A stretch of 64,000 bases of DNA, from assembly GCA_963834385.1 (NCBI GenBank), contig CAWIBO010000003.1, forward strand, positions 256,001-320,000, given 5' to 3'. A program made the translations under genes and the position numbers. The DNA is from an uncultured Verrucomicrobiae bacterium. Its GTDB lineage: Bacteria > Verrucomicrobiota > Verrucomicrobiia > Chthoniobacterales > UBA10450. How positions within the stretch are numbered: position 1 is the stretch's first letter; every line of letters starts with the position of its first letter. Below, in pieces: positions 1-12,985 of the stretch. Under the pieces are notes generated by a model. The model did no database searches, was not told the origin of the DNA, and saw only the letters and a program-made list of their open reading frames with translations.

Positions 1-1
1 A

Positions 2-1042
<1,041 letters not shown>

Positions 1043-1046
1043 GAGA

Positions 1047-1355
1047 CTAGTTTGAAAGCGAGCCCGTCATGGACTCCACCTTGTCGTCCCAGAAAACGAT
1101 GGTGACCGTGTCGCCGCCCTGCTTGTAGATGTAGGTGACCTTCTTGTTCACATCCATCGGTTCAGTCTCGACGGTGGTGGGCAGGCCGAGGATGGACTCG
1201 ACCTGTTTCCGGGCCATGCCGGTGGCGACCTCCTCGACATTGGCCTGGGTGAGGTTTTTGTCGGGATTACAGGCCGCCAGGAGGAGAGCAGCGCCGGCCG
1301 CAAGAAGCGTCCGCGCGGCCCGGGCGGGAATGAAGGCGCGGGCCGGCCGGCTCAC
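1047..1355 (-). CDS. Small lipoprotein, SmpA/OmlA(BamE)-like domain
   Basis: Lipobox LLAAC and the motif GMARKQVESILGLP. The GTG start overlaps the upstream stop (GTGA). Confidence 0.75.
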   Translation of the reverse strand: MSRPARAFIPARAARTLLAAGAALLLAACNPDKNLTQANVEEVATGMARKQVESILGLPTTVETEPMDVNKKVTYIYKQGGDTVTIVFWDDKVESMTGSLSN

Positions 1356-1654
1356 GGCTCGCGTCCGAGGTTGGTGTCCTTGCTGTCGACCTCGTCGTTC
1401 TTGAAGGTGATGACAGCAAACTTGTCCTCGTTCTCGTAGCGGTAGGTCGTGCGCTTGTAGATGACCTTGTCCTCCTCCTTGGCCGAGGTCGGTTCGCCCA
1501 GGATCGATTTGACCTGCGTCTTCGACATCCCGAGCGAGATCTGATCGTAGTTGGCCGAGGTCAGTTTCGCGCCGGGAGCCCGTTCGCAGCCGGTAATGAC
1601 AAGGGAAAGGCCAAGAATCGCCAGCACGGCCGCCAGTTGGAAGGAGTGTTTCAT
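1352..1654 (-). CDS. Small lipoprotein, SmpA/OmlA(BamE)-like domain
   Basis: Lipobox VITGC and the motif NYDQISLGMSKTQVKSILGEP. Paralogous to the neighbouring gene. Confidence 0.8.
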   Translation of the reverse strand: MKHSFQLAAVLAILGLSLVITGCERAPGAKLTSANYDQISLGMSKTQVKSILGEPTSAKEEDKVIYKRTTYRYENEDKFAVITFKNDEVDSKDTNLGREP

Positions 1655-1659
1655 AATGG

Positions 1660-2916
1660 TTACCTGTCGCATTCGCCCATGACAAAATCCAGACTGCCGA
1701 GAATGGCAACGACATCGCTCATCATCGAGCCGGGCAGCAGCTCGGGCAGGATGCTGAGATTGACGAACGAAGGCGCGCGGATCTTGAGCCGGTGAGGCAC
1801 GCCGCCCCCCTTGCTGTTAATGTAAAAGCCCAGCTCGCCCTTCGGATTTTCCGCCCCGAAGTAGACCTCGCCCGGCGGCGCCTTCAGCCCCTCGGTCACA
1901 ACGATGAAGTGGTGGATCAGCTCCTCCATTTTCGTCATGACGTTGGCCTTTGGCGGCGGCATGTTTTTCCAGTCGGTCACGTTGATCGGGCCCGCCGGCA
2001 GGGTCTCGATGACCTGGCGAAGAATGCGCACGCTCTGCCGCATCTCCTCGATCCGGACCAGATAACGGTCGTAACAATCGCCGGCTGAACCGACCACCAC
2101 CTCGAAATCGTATTTCTCGTAATCGAGATAGGGATGTTTCCGCCGCAGATCGTGTTCAACGCCGCTTCCGCGCAGGTTCGGCCCCGAGAGGGCGTAGGCG
2201 ATGGCGCGATCCTTCGGGATGACGCCGATGTCCTTTGTGCGGTCGACGAAAATCCGGTTCCGGGTGAGAAGCTTGTCGATCTCGTCGAGCTGCGGGATGA
2301 AGCCGTCGAGAAACGCCTCGAGCTGCGGGATGAACGTGGACGGCAGGTCGCGGATCTGCCCGCCGACCCGGGTGTAGGAGGTGGTGAACCGCGCCCCGGT
2401 CAGGAGTTCAAAGAGGTTATACAGCTTTTCGCGCTCGGTGAAGGTGTAGAGGAAAACGGTCATGGCGCCGAGATCGAGGGCCATGGCGCCGAGGCCGAGG
2501 AGATGGGCGGAAATACGCGCGGTCTCGCAGCAGAGGACGCGGATGGCCTTGCCCCGGGGCGGCAGCTCCCAGCCCATCAATTTTTCGACGGCGAGGGCGT
2601 AGGCGACGTTGTTCGCGAGCGGAGCCAGGTAATCGAGCCGGTCGGTGTAAGGCACGAACTGGTTGTATTGCATGTTTTCCGCGATTTTCTCGTCGCCGCG
2701 ATGCAGGTAACCGACATCGGGCGTGGCCCGGGTGACCATCTCCCCGTCGAGCTCGAGGACGAGACGGAGGACGCCGTGAGTGGCGGGGTGGGAGGGCCCC
2801 ATGTTCAGGATCATTTTCTCGCCGATATCGCCCGCCGCCGGGTCCATCTCCGCCTGGGCCTGCGCGACGCGCGTGGCCGGGTCCGGTGATTCGAGTTCGC
2901 GCGTGGTAAAGCCCAT
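1660..2916 (-). CDS. nuoD: NADH-quinone oxidoreductase subunit D
   Basis: LNMGPSHPATHGVLRL, GYLHRGDEK, DRLDYL, C-terminal DFVMGECDR. Confidence 0.97.
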   Translation of the reverse strand: MGFTTRELESPDPATRVAQAQAEMDPAAGDIGEKMILNMGPSHPATHGVLRLVLELDGEMVTRATPDVGYLHRGDEKIAENMQYNQFVPYTDRLDYLAPLANNVAYALAVEKLMGWELPPRGKAIRVLCCETARISAHLLGLGAMALDLGAMTVFLYTFTEREKLYNLFELLTGARFTTSYTRVGGQIRDLPSTFIPQLEAFLDGFIPQLDEIDKLLTRNRIFVDRTKDIGVIPKDRAIAYALSGPNLRGSGVEHDLRRKHPYLDYEKYDFEVVVGSAGDCYDRYLVRIEEMRQSVRILRQVIETLPAGPINVTDWKNMPPPKANVMTKMEELIHHFIVVTEGLKAPPGEVYFGAENPKGELGFYINSKGGGVPHRLKIRAPSFVNLSILPELLPGSMMSDVVAILGSLDFVMGECDR

Positions 2917-3045
2917 CCTGAGCTGTTATGCTCGCGCCGCGCGCACGCTAGGCAAGCCGAATATTGAGCATTCCGAGGGGGCGCGCCCGGATCTTCCGCG
3001 TTTTTCGCGATTCGCATTCCCCGCGATTCGATTTAATGCTTCCAG

Positions 3046-3981
3046 ATGGCACGAAAAATTGCACTGCTGTTTGCGGGGCAGGGGGCGCAGACCGTCGGGA
3101 TGGGCCGGGACCTGGCGGAAAAATTCGAGGTGGCGGGTGAATTGTTCCGGTCAGCGGATGAGATCCTGGACCGGAGCCTGACCGGGGTGACGTGGGAAGG
3201 CCCCCTGGAGGAGCTGACCCGGACATCAAACTGCCAGCCGGCGCTTTTCGTACATGGGCTGGCCTGCCTCGCGGTGCTGCGCGATCTCGCCGGAAATTTC
3301 GAGGTTGGCGGTGCGGCCGGCCTGTCGCTCGGGGAAATGACGGCGCACGCCGCCGCGGAGACGTTTGCCTTTCCGGCCGGGCTGAAACTGGTGCAACGAC
3401 GGGGACAGCTCATGGACGAAGCCTGCGCCGCCACCTCGGGGGCGATGGCGGCCATGATCGGTGCGGAGGAAAACGCGGTGCGCGCCCTGGCCGCGAATGC
3501 GGATGTCGATGTGGCGAACATCAACGCGCCCGGGCAGATCGTGATCTCGGGCGAGAAGGCAAAGGTCGACATGGCGGTCGGGTTGGCCAAGGAACATGGG
3601 ATCCGACGCGCGACGCTCCTGAACGTGGCAGGCGCCTATCATTCGCGCCTGATGGAGTCAGCCTACCAGCAACTTGGACCTGCCCTGGTGAACGTGCAGA
3701 TGAACGTCCCGAAATTTCCCGTGATCAGCAACGTCACCGGGCAGGAGGTAAAAACCCTTCCGGAGATCCGCTCGACCCTGCAGGAGCAGGTGACCAGCTC
3801 GGTGCGCTGGGTGGATTGCATGGAAACGCTGCTGGGCCTGGGCTGCGATTTATTTATCGAGCTGGGGCCGGGCGGCGTCCTCGCTGGGCTCCTGCAACGC
3901 ATCCGGAAAGGCGTTGAGGTCGTGAGCGTGAGCGATGTCCCTTCCCTGGAGGCAGCGGTGGAAAAGCTGCGCCAGGGTTGA
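3046..3981 (+). CDS. fabD: Malonyl-CoA:ACP transacylase
   Basis: FAGQGAQ, GLSLGE active-site Ser, ANINAPGQIVISG, AGAYHS. Confidence 0.96.
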   Translation: MARKIALLFAGQGAQTVGMGRDLAEKFEVAGELFRSADEILDRSLTGVTWEGPLEELTRTSNCQPALFVHGLACLAVLRDLAGNFEVGGAAGLSLGEMTAHAAAETFAFPAGLKLVQRRGQLMDEACAATSGAMAAMIGAEENAVRALAANADVDVANINAPGQIVISGEKAKVDMAVGLAKEHGIRRATLLNVAGAYHSRLMESAYQQLGPALVNVQMNVPKFPVISNVTGQEVKTLPEIRSTLQEQVTSSVRWVDCMETLLGLGCDLFIELGPGGVLAGLLQRIRKGVEVVSVSDVPSLEAAVEKLRQG

Positions 3982-4090
3982 TCCGCGGCCATCGCGGTGC
4001 TGGCGTTGTTGTCAGACGTCGGGACGGGAGCGGGTGGGAACGCGACTGCGCGGTTGCACTGGCCCCGGCGTTTCCACTACTGTCTGGCGC

Positions 4091-4543
4091 GTGAGCCTGC
4101 CGCAAAAGATCGATGCCGACCTCAAGGACGCCATGCGGGCGAAGGACGCGGAAAAACTCAATGTCCTGCGCATGCTCAAATCAGCCTTGAAATATGCCGC
4201 GATCGAAAAGGCCGGCGCGGATGCGGAACTCGATGACGCCGAGGCCAGTCAGGTGATCCGAAAACAGGTCAAGCAACGGCAGGATTCGATTGAGAGTTTC
4301 GAGAAGGGCGGCCGGGCGGAGCTGGCGGCAAAGGAAAAATCGGAGCTGGCGATTTTGAGCGGCTATCTCCCGCAGCAGATGAAACCGGAGGAACTGGCCG
4401 CGCTGGTGCGGGAGGCCATCGCGGAGACCGGAGCGACCTCGAGGGCGCAGATGGGCGCGGTGATGAAGGTGCTGCAGGCGAAAGCGGCCGGGCGGGCCGA
4501 CGGCAAGGCCCTGAGCGCGGAGGTCCAGCGGCAGCTTGGCTGA
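4091..4543 (+). CDS. yqeY: GatB/YqeY domain protein
   Basis: DLKDAMRAKD, RKQVKQRQDSIESF, YLPQQ, MGAVMK. GTG start at 4091. Confidence 0.92.
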   Translation: MSLPQKIDADLKDAMRAKDAEKLNVLRMLKSALKYAAIEKAGADAELDDAEASQVIRKQVKQRQDSIESFEKGGRAELAAKEKSELAILSGYLPQQMKPEELAALVREAIAETGATSRAQMGAVMKVLQAKAAGRADGKALSAEVQRQLG

Positions 4544-5213
4544 TCTCAGCGCCATCATCGTCGCGGCCGGCAGCAGCCGGCGGATGGGCTTTGATAAGTT
4601 ATCAGCCCTGATCGCCGGCCGTGAAGTGCTAGGTCATTCCGTGGCGGCCTTCGCCGCGCTCCCGGAGGTGGCGGAGATCGTCGTGGTGGGGCATCCCGAC
4701 CGGCTGGAGCTCCTTGGCCGGATGGCAGCGGCCGCGGCCCTTGAGAAAAACGTGCGTCTGATTGCCGGCGGATTGCGCCGGCAGGATTCCGTCGGGGCTG
4801 GTCTCGCCGCCGTGACTGCGCCCTTTGTCGCAGTGCACGATGCCGCGCGTCCCCTGATCACGCCGGCGCTGATTGGCCGGCTGCTGGAGCGCTGCCGGGA
4901 AAAGCGGGCGGTGGCGCCCGCGGCGCCGGTCACGGACACGCTGAAGCGGGCGGGAGCAAATTACGAAGTGATGGGCTCGCTCGACCGGAACGCCGTCTAT
5001 GCCATGCAGACCCCGCAGGTTTTTGCGACCGATCTTTTGCGGAGGGCCTACCGCGCGGTGGAGGAGAAAGCACTGGAAATCACCGACGAAGTTTCGGCGG
5101 TGGAACATCTCGGGGAAGCGGTCTGGCTGCTGCCGCACGATGAACCGAACCCAAAGATCACCTATCCCACCGATCTGCCGCTGGCCGAATTCTGGCTGGA
5201 GCGCCGCCGCTAG
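4536..5213 (+). CDS. ispD: 2-C-methyl-D-erythritol 4-phosphate cytidylyltransferase
   Basis: AAGSSRRMGFDK, RRQDSV, VHDAARP, QTPQVF, NPKITYPTDL. Confidence 0.95.
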   Translation: MADLSAIIVAAGSSRRMGFDKLSALIAGREVLGHSVAAFAALPEVAEIVVVGHPDRLELLGRMAAAAALEKNVRLIAGGLRRQDSVGAGLAAVTAPFVAVHDAARPLITPALIGRLLERCREKRAVAPAAPVTDTLKRAGANYEVMGSLDRNAVYAMQTPQVFATDLLRRAYRAVEEKALEITDEVSAVEHLGEAVWLLPHDEPNPKITYPTDLPLAEFWLERRR

Positions 5214-5214
5214 G

Positions 5215-6201
5215 CTACTCGACGAGGGCGCTCTGCGGGCGCGGGAAATGTTCGTCCACCAGGCGGACGACCTGCTCGACGTTGGCCGGCTTGAATTGCC
5301 GGTTCTTCAGGCGACCCGCCGCGGGCAGGTCGGCGACCTGGAGCAATTCGCCCCCTTTCCAGATCCAGGCCGCCTCGTTGTAGGGGCCGACCCGGCGAGG
5401 TTTGCTCCAGGTATGGATGGAGAGAAGGCGGTCGCCCAGCGCGGCGGCGATATGCATGGGGCCGCTGTCGACGCTGATGGTGAAATGGGCCACGCGGAGA
5501 AGGCGGACGAGCTGGAGCAGGGTGGTCTGGTTGGTCAGGTCGATGCAATTGGCCGGAGGATCAAAGGGGCGGGTCGAGCGTCCCACCACGACCACGCGGG
5601 TGGGGCGAAAGGCGTGGCAGAATTCCTCAATCACCGCGGTGGAGATCGATTTGCGCCGGCCGCGCGCGTAGGGATGAAGCAGGATAAAGGGAGGATACTC
5701 GTCAAAACGGGGCAGGGCGTCGCCGGATGGGAGCGGACAACGCAGCAGCTCGGGCTCGGGCGCGCCCACCAGTTCGGCGAGTTTGAGATAGCGCTCAACG
5801 GCGTGGGCCCGGCGGTCCACCCGTGCGACTTCATCGTAAAAAAAGCGGGAGCCTTCGCGGCCGTCGCTCATCCCGACGATCTTCCGGGCGTGGCTGGACC
5901 GGGCGATGAAGGCGCTGCGGAAAAGGCCCTGGAAATCGACCGCGAGGTCGGGTTGCAGCTCACGGGTGCGCCGGAGCCAGGCCATAAGGGAGCGGGGCGC
6001 GCCGAGGCCGCGGAATTCGCCGCGCGGGAACAGGTGCACATGATTGACGTCGCGGTTGCCGCGCAGCAAGGAAGCCCATTCCGGGTTGATCACCCAGGTG
6101 ATCTGCGCCCTGGGATAGGCGTCGCGGATGGCGGCGACGGCGGGCAGGGTATGGACGATGTCGCCGAGCGAGCTGGGTTTGATGATGAGGATTGATCGCA
6201 C
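5215..6201 (-). CDS. GT9 LPS heptosyltransferase (WaaC/WaaF-like)
   Basis: ILIIKPSSLGDIVH, DFQGLFRS, DSGPMHIAAA. Start uncertain (GTG 6201). Confidence 0.88.
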   Translation of the reverse strand: MRSILIIKPSSLGDIVHTLPAVAAIRDAYPRAQITWVINPEWASLLRGNRDVNHVHLFPRGEFRGLGAPRSLMAWLRRTRELQPDLAVDFQGLFRSAFIARSSHARKIVGMSDGREGSRFFYDEVARVDRRAHAVERYLKLAELVGAPEPELLRCPLPSGDALPRFDEYPPFILLHPYARGRRKSISTAVIEEFCHAFRPTRVVVVGRSTRPFDPPANCIDLTNQTTLLQLVRLLRVAHFTISVDSGPMHIAAALGDRLLSIHTWSKPRRVGPYNEAAWIWKGGELLQVADLPAAGRLKNRQFKPANVEQVVRLVDEHFPRPQSALVE

Positions 6202-6215
6202 GGGGAAGGACGAGG

Positions 6216-6938
6216 TTACCGGCCGAGGGCGAGGCGGTCGGCCAGGAGTTCGGGCAGCCGTGATTGCCGGATTTTTTGCTGGGCGCCGGCAAGATCGTAT
6301 TTGATCCGGCGCAGTTCGACGACTGCTTTTTCGGGATCGAAGAGGCAATAGGCGGCGCGCCAGTCGCCGTCGCGTGGCTGGCCGACGCTGCCGGCATTGA
6401 TGAAATATTTTTTGCCGGGATCGATCGCGAGGCGCTCGAATTTTTTGCGGTGCACGGCGCCGTCGCGCTCAAAAGCGACCGGGATGTGGGTGTGGCCGAA
6501 GAAGCAGACGCAGGTGTGCTGGTAGGTGAAGCTGGCCCCGGCATCGAGCGTGTTCAGGACGTAGCCCCACTGGTCCGGGGTATCGAGGGTCGCGTGGACA
6601 ATGGTGAAATCGCGCACGAGGCGGGTCAGCCGGAGCTGTTGCAGCCATTCCTTTTGGTCATCGTCCAGGGCGGCCCGGGTCCAGAGCAGCGCACGCGCGG
6701 CCAGTTCGTTGAAACCATCGAGAGGGGAATCGAGCGCGGCCTGTTCGTCGTGGTTGCCCTTGACCACCGGGCACTCGAGTTCCTGCACGAGCTGAATGCA
6801 TTCGGCCGGGTTCGCATTGTAGCCGACGACATCGCCGAGGCAGACGAAATGCGTGGCCTCCTGGTCGTGGGCATCGGCCAGGACAGCCTCGATCGCCTCG
6901 AGGTTGGCGTGGATGTCGCTGAAGATGGCAAATCGCAT
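6216..6938 (-). CDS. Calcineurin-like metallophosphoesterase
   Basis: SDIHAN, GDVVGY, GNHD, GHTH, NAGSVGQPRDGD. ATG at 6938. Confidence 0.92.
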   Translation of the reverse strand: MRFAIFSDIHANLEAIEAVLADAHDQEATHFVCLGDVVGYNANPAECIQLVQELECPVVKGNHDEQAALDSPLDGFNELAARALLWTRAALDDDQKEWLQQLRLTRLVRDFTIVHATLDTPDQWGYVLNTLDAGASFTYQHTCVCFFGHTHIPVAFERDGAVHRKKFERLAIDPGKKYFINAGSVGQPRDGDWRAAYCLFDPEKAVVELRRIKYDLAGAQQKIRQSRLPELLADRLALGR

Positions 6939-7711
6939 CAGGGTCGGGCGCGGCCCGGGGCCGGGTCGGGAATGCGCTGGTCCGCCGGAACGTTGAGTTT
7001 TTCCTCGAGCGATTTCAATCGTGCAATCAGGGTGGGCGCGCGTTCCCGGGCGCCGCGGCGGTAAAGCTTGAGCAGGCGGGCATAGGCGGAGTGTTCCTGG
7101 CCGCGAACCTGGGCGAGCTCGTAGGCCGAAAACCGCTCCAGGTAGGAGGAGGCTCCGGGCAGGGTGGAGGCATGGAGAAACGCCTCGGAGGCGCGCATGT
7201 GATCCTGGAACTTGTCGCGGTAAAGCCGGCCGAGCGCTTCCCAAAGCCGGGCGCTGCGCGGGTTGTAACGCAGGCCGCGTTCGAGAAAATCGCGCCCCAG
7301 GTGATAAAATTCGCGCTGGCGGCGAAGCCGGTCGGCCAGCCGGGGATTTTCGGGATCGCGCCGGGCCGCGGCACTCGCGTTCCAGGCCATGTGCCAGGCG
7401 GCGATGTCCCAGAACATCTCCGAGGCCGGCTGCAACGAGGTGGCCTGGCGCAGAAGCAGGAGCAGCCGGCTCCAGTCCGTTTTCTCCCAGGCGGCGTGGG
7501 CCTGCAAAAAAAGGAAGTCGGCCACCACGGAGCGGAAGCCGCTCAGGGCGGCGACAAAGCCGAAGTGCCCGATTTTTTCCCGCAACTCGAGATCGAGTTT
7601 GCCGCCGTGAAAACGGAGGTCGCGATATTCGCGGGCCAGGCCTTGTTCCATTGGCAACCGGAGGAGACCGAAGCCGAGCAGGGCCGCGCTGAGAAGAAGC
7701 GGGCGTTTCAT
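6938..7711 (-). CDS. Membrane-anchored TPR-like protein associated with the ABC transporter
   Basis: Hydrophobic N-terminus, helical TPR-like segments (FLERGLRYNPRSARLWEALGRLY) and GFRSVVADFLF/WHMAWN motifs. Translationally coupled on both sides. Confidence 0.7.
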   Translation of the reverse strand: MKRPLLLSAALLGFGLLRLPMEQGLAREYRDLRFHGGKLDLELREKIGHFGFVAALSGFRSVVADFLFLQAHAAWEKTDWSRLLLLLRQATSLQPASEMFWDIAAWHMAWNASAAARRDPENPRLADRLRRQREFYHLGRDFLERGLRYNPRSARLWEALGRLYRDKFQDHMRASEAFLHASTLPGASSYLERFSAYELAQVRGQEHSAYARLLKLYRRGARERAPTLIARLKSLEEKLNVPADQRIPDPAPGRARP

Positions 7712-8610
7712 AGTTCGCGCCCCTGGAAGGCGGCGGCGGCAAGGAGGAGATAGAGCACGATGTAAAAGCTGCCCAGGCCGAGCGTTTTCAGGAAAAGGCC
7801 TGCCGGGATGACGGCGCCCGCGACCAGGTCGTCGATCACGTTGAAAAGCTGCAGATCGGGAAAGATAAGGGCGACGAGGGCCAGGAAGAGCCGGCTGACC
7901 AGGCCGGGGATCTGCTGCTCGAGCCAGGCTTCCCGGGCGATCGCCTGCAGATGCCCGATGAAGTAGACAAAGGTCATGACCACGATGGTGAAGATGCTCG
8001 TGGTGGCGAAGGTGGAGACAAAAAGGGTGAGCGCGGCCAGGAGCGCCGCCTTGAAATAGATGACCACCAGGCCCTGGAGGAGATTGAGGTGGAAAGCGGA
8101 CGCGCTGATCTCGGCCAGGGCGGCGCGGAGTTCCTCCTCCGGCGCGCCTTGCATCTGCAGCGCGGTTTGGGCCAGCAGCGATTGCTCGCGAAAATAAAGG
8201 ACGGCGAAGAAAAGAGCGCTCATGAGGAGAGCGCTCACCGCCAGGAGGAGGAAGACCCCGATCAGTTTCCCGAGGAGATAATCCAGGCGCGGTACCGGTT
8301 TGGCCAGGACGGTGTAGGCCGTCCGGTCCTCGAGTTCCTGCGGAAGCAGGCGGGCGGTCGCGACGATGGCGAGCAGACAGAGGAAGACGTTGATGGCGCC
8401 GAGGGAGATGTCCTTCAGGATCTGGAATTCCTGCTGGAAACTGAAGCGGGCCATGAAGATCGAGTTACCAATGAGGAGGAAGGCGAAGACGAGGACGACG
8501 TAGAAGATCTTGAGGCGGGTCAGCTCCAGGAAGGTGTTGCCGGCCAGCGCGGCCAGCCGCGGCAGGGAGAAACGGCGATAAGGATGAGGCAGGGCCGGTT
8601 TCTCCGTCAT
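7708..8610 (-). CDS. ABC-2 type permease (PilI/XapB-like)
   Basis: Multiple TM helices and the motif ELEDRTAYTVLAKPVPRLDYLLGK. ATG at 8610. Confidence 0.88.
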   Translation of the reverse strand: MTEKPALPHPYRRFSLPRLAALAGNTFLELTRLKIFYVVLVFAFLLIGNSIFMARFSFQQEFQILKDISLGAINVFLCLLAIVATARLLPQELEDRTAYTVLAKPVPRLDYLLGKLIGVFLLLAVSALLMSALFFAVLYFREQSLLAQTALQMQGAPEEELRAALAEISASAFHLNLLQGLVVIYFKAALLAALTLFVSTFATTSIFTIVVMTFVYFIGHLQAIAREAWLEQQIPGLVSRLFLALVALIFPDLQLFNVIDDLVAGAVIPAGLFLKTLGLGSFYIVLYLLLAAAAFQGREL

Positions 8611-9458
8611 GCCTCGGGGTCGCGAGTGGCCTCGAGGAAAAGATCCTCCAGGCTGGTTTCGGCGGGTCGCTGCTCCACGATGGTGACCCCGGCCTTGCGC
8701 GCGGCGGTCTCGACCTGACGCAGAAAAGCCGGGGTGGCATCCTCCAGCAACAGATGGGTCCGGTCTCGCCGGGCCACCAGTTCCTTCAGCGTTCCTTCGC
8801 GGACAAGGCGGCCTTGCGCGAGGATGCCGACGCGATCGCACACCTCCTGCACCTGGCCGAGCAAATGCGAGGAAAGCAGCACCGTCTTCCCGCGAGCCTT
8901 CAGCTCCAAAATCAGGTCGCGCAGCACCCGCGTGCCGGCCGGGTCCACCCCGGCGGTCGGTTCGTCCAGCACGACAAGATCAGGATCGTGAATCAACGCC
9001 TGGGCCAGACCAATGCGCTGCAGCATTCCCTTGGAATAACCGCGCAGACGACGCTCGCTGGCATCTTCCAGCCCCACCAGATGCAAAAGCTCGTCCGCGC
9101 GCGCCTTTAGTTTCGCCCCCGTCAGCCCGCAAAGCCGCCCGTAGAAATGGAGCGTCTCGCGGCCATCGAGGAACCGGTGAAAATAAGGGCTCTCCGGCAG
9201 GAACCCGACGCGCTGCCGGCTCGCCACCTCCCGGCTGTCGCGGCCAAAAAGGGACACACTTCCTTCCGTGGGGGTGACGAGGCCGAGGATGGCCTTGAGG
9301 GTGGTGCTTTTGCCCGAGCCGTTCGGTCCGAGAAGCCCGTAGGTTTCGCCCCGTTCCACCTGAAGGGTGACGTCCTGCACCGCCACGACGGGTGTCCGCC
9401 GGAAGGACGACCGGAAAACCTTGGTCAGGAGCCGGACCGCGACAGCGGGCTCACTCAT
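8607..9458 (-). CDS. ABC transporter ATP-binding protein (PilH/XapD-like)
   Basis: Walker A GPNGSGKST, signature YSKGM, Walker B LDEP. Confidence 0.95.
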   Translation of the reverse strand: MSEPAVAVRLLTKVFRSSFRRTPVVAVQDVTLQVERGETYGLLGPNGSGKSTTLKAILGLVTPTEGSVSLFGRDSREVASRQRVGFLPESPYFHRFLDGRETLHFYGRLCGLTGAKLKARADELLHLVGLEDASERRLRGYSKGMLQRIGLAQALIHDPDLVVLDEPTAGVDPAGTRVLRDLILELKARGKTVLLSSHLLGQVQEVCDRVGILAQGRLVREGTLKELVARRDRTHLLLEDATPAFLRQVETAARKAGVTIVEQRPAETSLEDLFLEATRDPEA

Positions 9459-9729
9459 GCACGATCTGAAACCCGTGCGGCGCGGGGGCCTCCTGGAGGG
9501 TCTGCTCGGTCTGGCCACGGATGTGCGCCCGCAGTTCGCTCTCCGCGATGGCCTCGAGGAAGGCCCGGACTTCGGCATCCTCGCCCGTGGCCTGGAGTTC
9601 CACCCGGCCATCCGGGAGGTTGCGAACCGTCCCGGTGACGTCGAAACCGCGCGCGATTTGTTTGACGGAATAGCGAAAGCCCACGCCCTGCACGCGGCCT
9701 TCGTAATACACCTGGAGGGAGGTCCGCAT
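9451..9729 (-). CDS. acyP: Acylphosphatase
   Basis: GRVQGVGFR and GTVRNLPDGRVE signatures. Confidence 0.95.
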   Translation of the reverse strand: MRTSLQVYYEGRVQGVGFRYSVKQIARGFDVTGTVRNLPDGRVELQATGEDAEVRAFLEAIAESELRAHIRGQTEQTLQEAPAPHGFQIVHE

Positions 9730-9778
9730 CCCGGCACGATAGCCCGATTTCCCCGGGCACAGCAAGGCGCGACGGAAC

Positions 9779-10255
9779 CTACTCGACCGGGTCGGGCGAA
9801 GCGGCCACAGGCTCTTCGACCGCCGGGACGTCCGGCGCGGGCAGCGATTCTTCCGGCGGGATCAGCTCGGGATCAGCCGCGCGGAAGGAGAACTGCGGCG
9901 CCTCGGGGGATGGCGATGGCTCGGCCAGGGCGGCCAGGAGCGTGGCGGGTGCCGGGCGGATATCATCGCTGGCCACGTAACCCTCTGTTCCCTCCGCGAG
10001 GCGAACCTTGCAGTAACCGAAGGAAGGACGGATGACGGTGACAAGAGTGTCGCGGACGAGCTGCTGGTCCGGGCCGCTTCCCTGCTGCGGGCCGAAGCGG
10101 AAGAAGGAAGTTTGCGCGACGGAGACGGCGTAGAAGTTCCCGCTCTGGCGGGCCAAAGCGCGGCTGCGTCCGCCGCAGCCGGCCAAAAAAATCATGGCGC
10201 CCGCCGTGAGCAGGAGAGCGGCGGTGGGGAGGCCGGGGAAGCGCCGGGAGTTCAT
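9779..10255 (-). CDS. Lipoprotein with SH3b-like domain and Pro/Glu-rich tail
   Basis: Lipobox LAGC and the SH3-like segment GYCKVRLAEGTEGYVASDDI. Confidence 0.7.
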   Translation of the reverse strand: MNSRRFPGLPTAALLLTAGAMIFLAGCGGRSRALARQSGNFYAVSVAQTSFFRFGPQQGSGPDQQLVRDTLVTVIRPSFGYCKVRLAEGTEGYVASDDIRPAPATLLAALAEPSPSPEAPQFSFRAADPELIPPEESLPAPDVPAVEEPVAASPDPVE

Positions 10256-10288
10256 CAACACCCTTCCCTATAGCAAGCTCCTTGCCGT

Positions 10289-10713
10289 TTACTTGTAGGA
10301 ATAGACCAGGCAGACGCTGGCGGGCTCGCCTTCCAGGAGGCTGACCGCGACAAAATACTGGCCGCTATGGGTGGGCGAAAAGCCGGCGGCCGCCCTCGCC
10401 TCCTCCTGGTAGTTCTCGGCCGCGACCGGTGCGCCGGTTTCATCGTAAACCTGCACCCCGAGCTTTTTCGCGGCTTCGTTCCCGCCGGCGGAAAACCAGT
10501 ACTGGTTCCCGGCGTAAAGATTGACCGCAATCAGGGCGTGCTCGGCGGGGGCAATGACCCCCGTCCAGTGACCGTCGCGGACCTTGAATCCTTCGTTGGT
10601 GAAAGCGCCGGCCAGGTCGAGCGCGGTGCGGCGCGCCGCGACCGCTTCGTCTTTCAGGGCGCCCGAGAGCGCGCTGGTGGAAACAAGCAGGAGAACGAAA
10701 AGAAGGGGTCGCA

Positions 10714-10714
<1 letters not shown>
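10289..10714 (-). CDS. Secreted hypothetical protein (PPC-like beta-sandwich)
   Basis: Signal peptide MRPLLFVLLLV and beta-rich NLYAGNQYWF/SGQYFVAV segments. Coupled to the upstream gene. Confidence 0.7.

Positions 10715-12984
<2,270 letters not shown>

Positions 12985-12985
<1 letters not shown>

Noticed and set aside
6939..7742. Apparent long N-terminus on the metallophosphoesterase
   Set aside because: An alternative frame of the TPR gene with R/P/A-rich noise. The true start is 6938.
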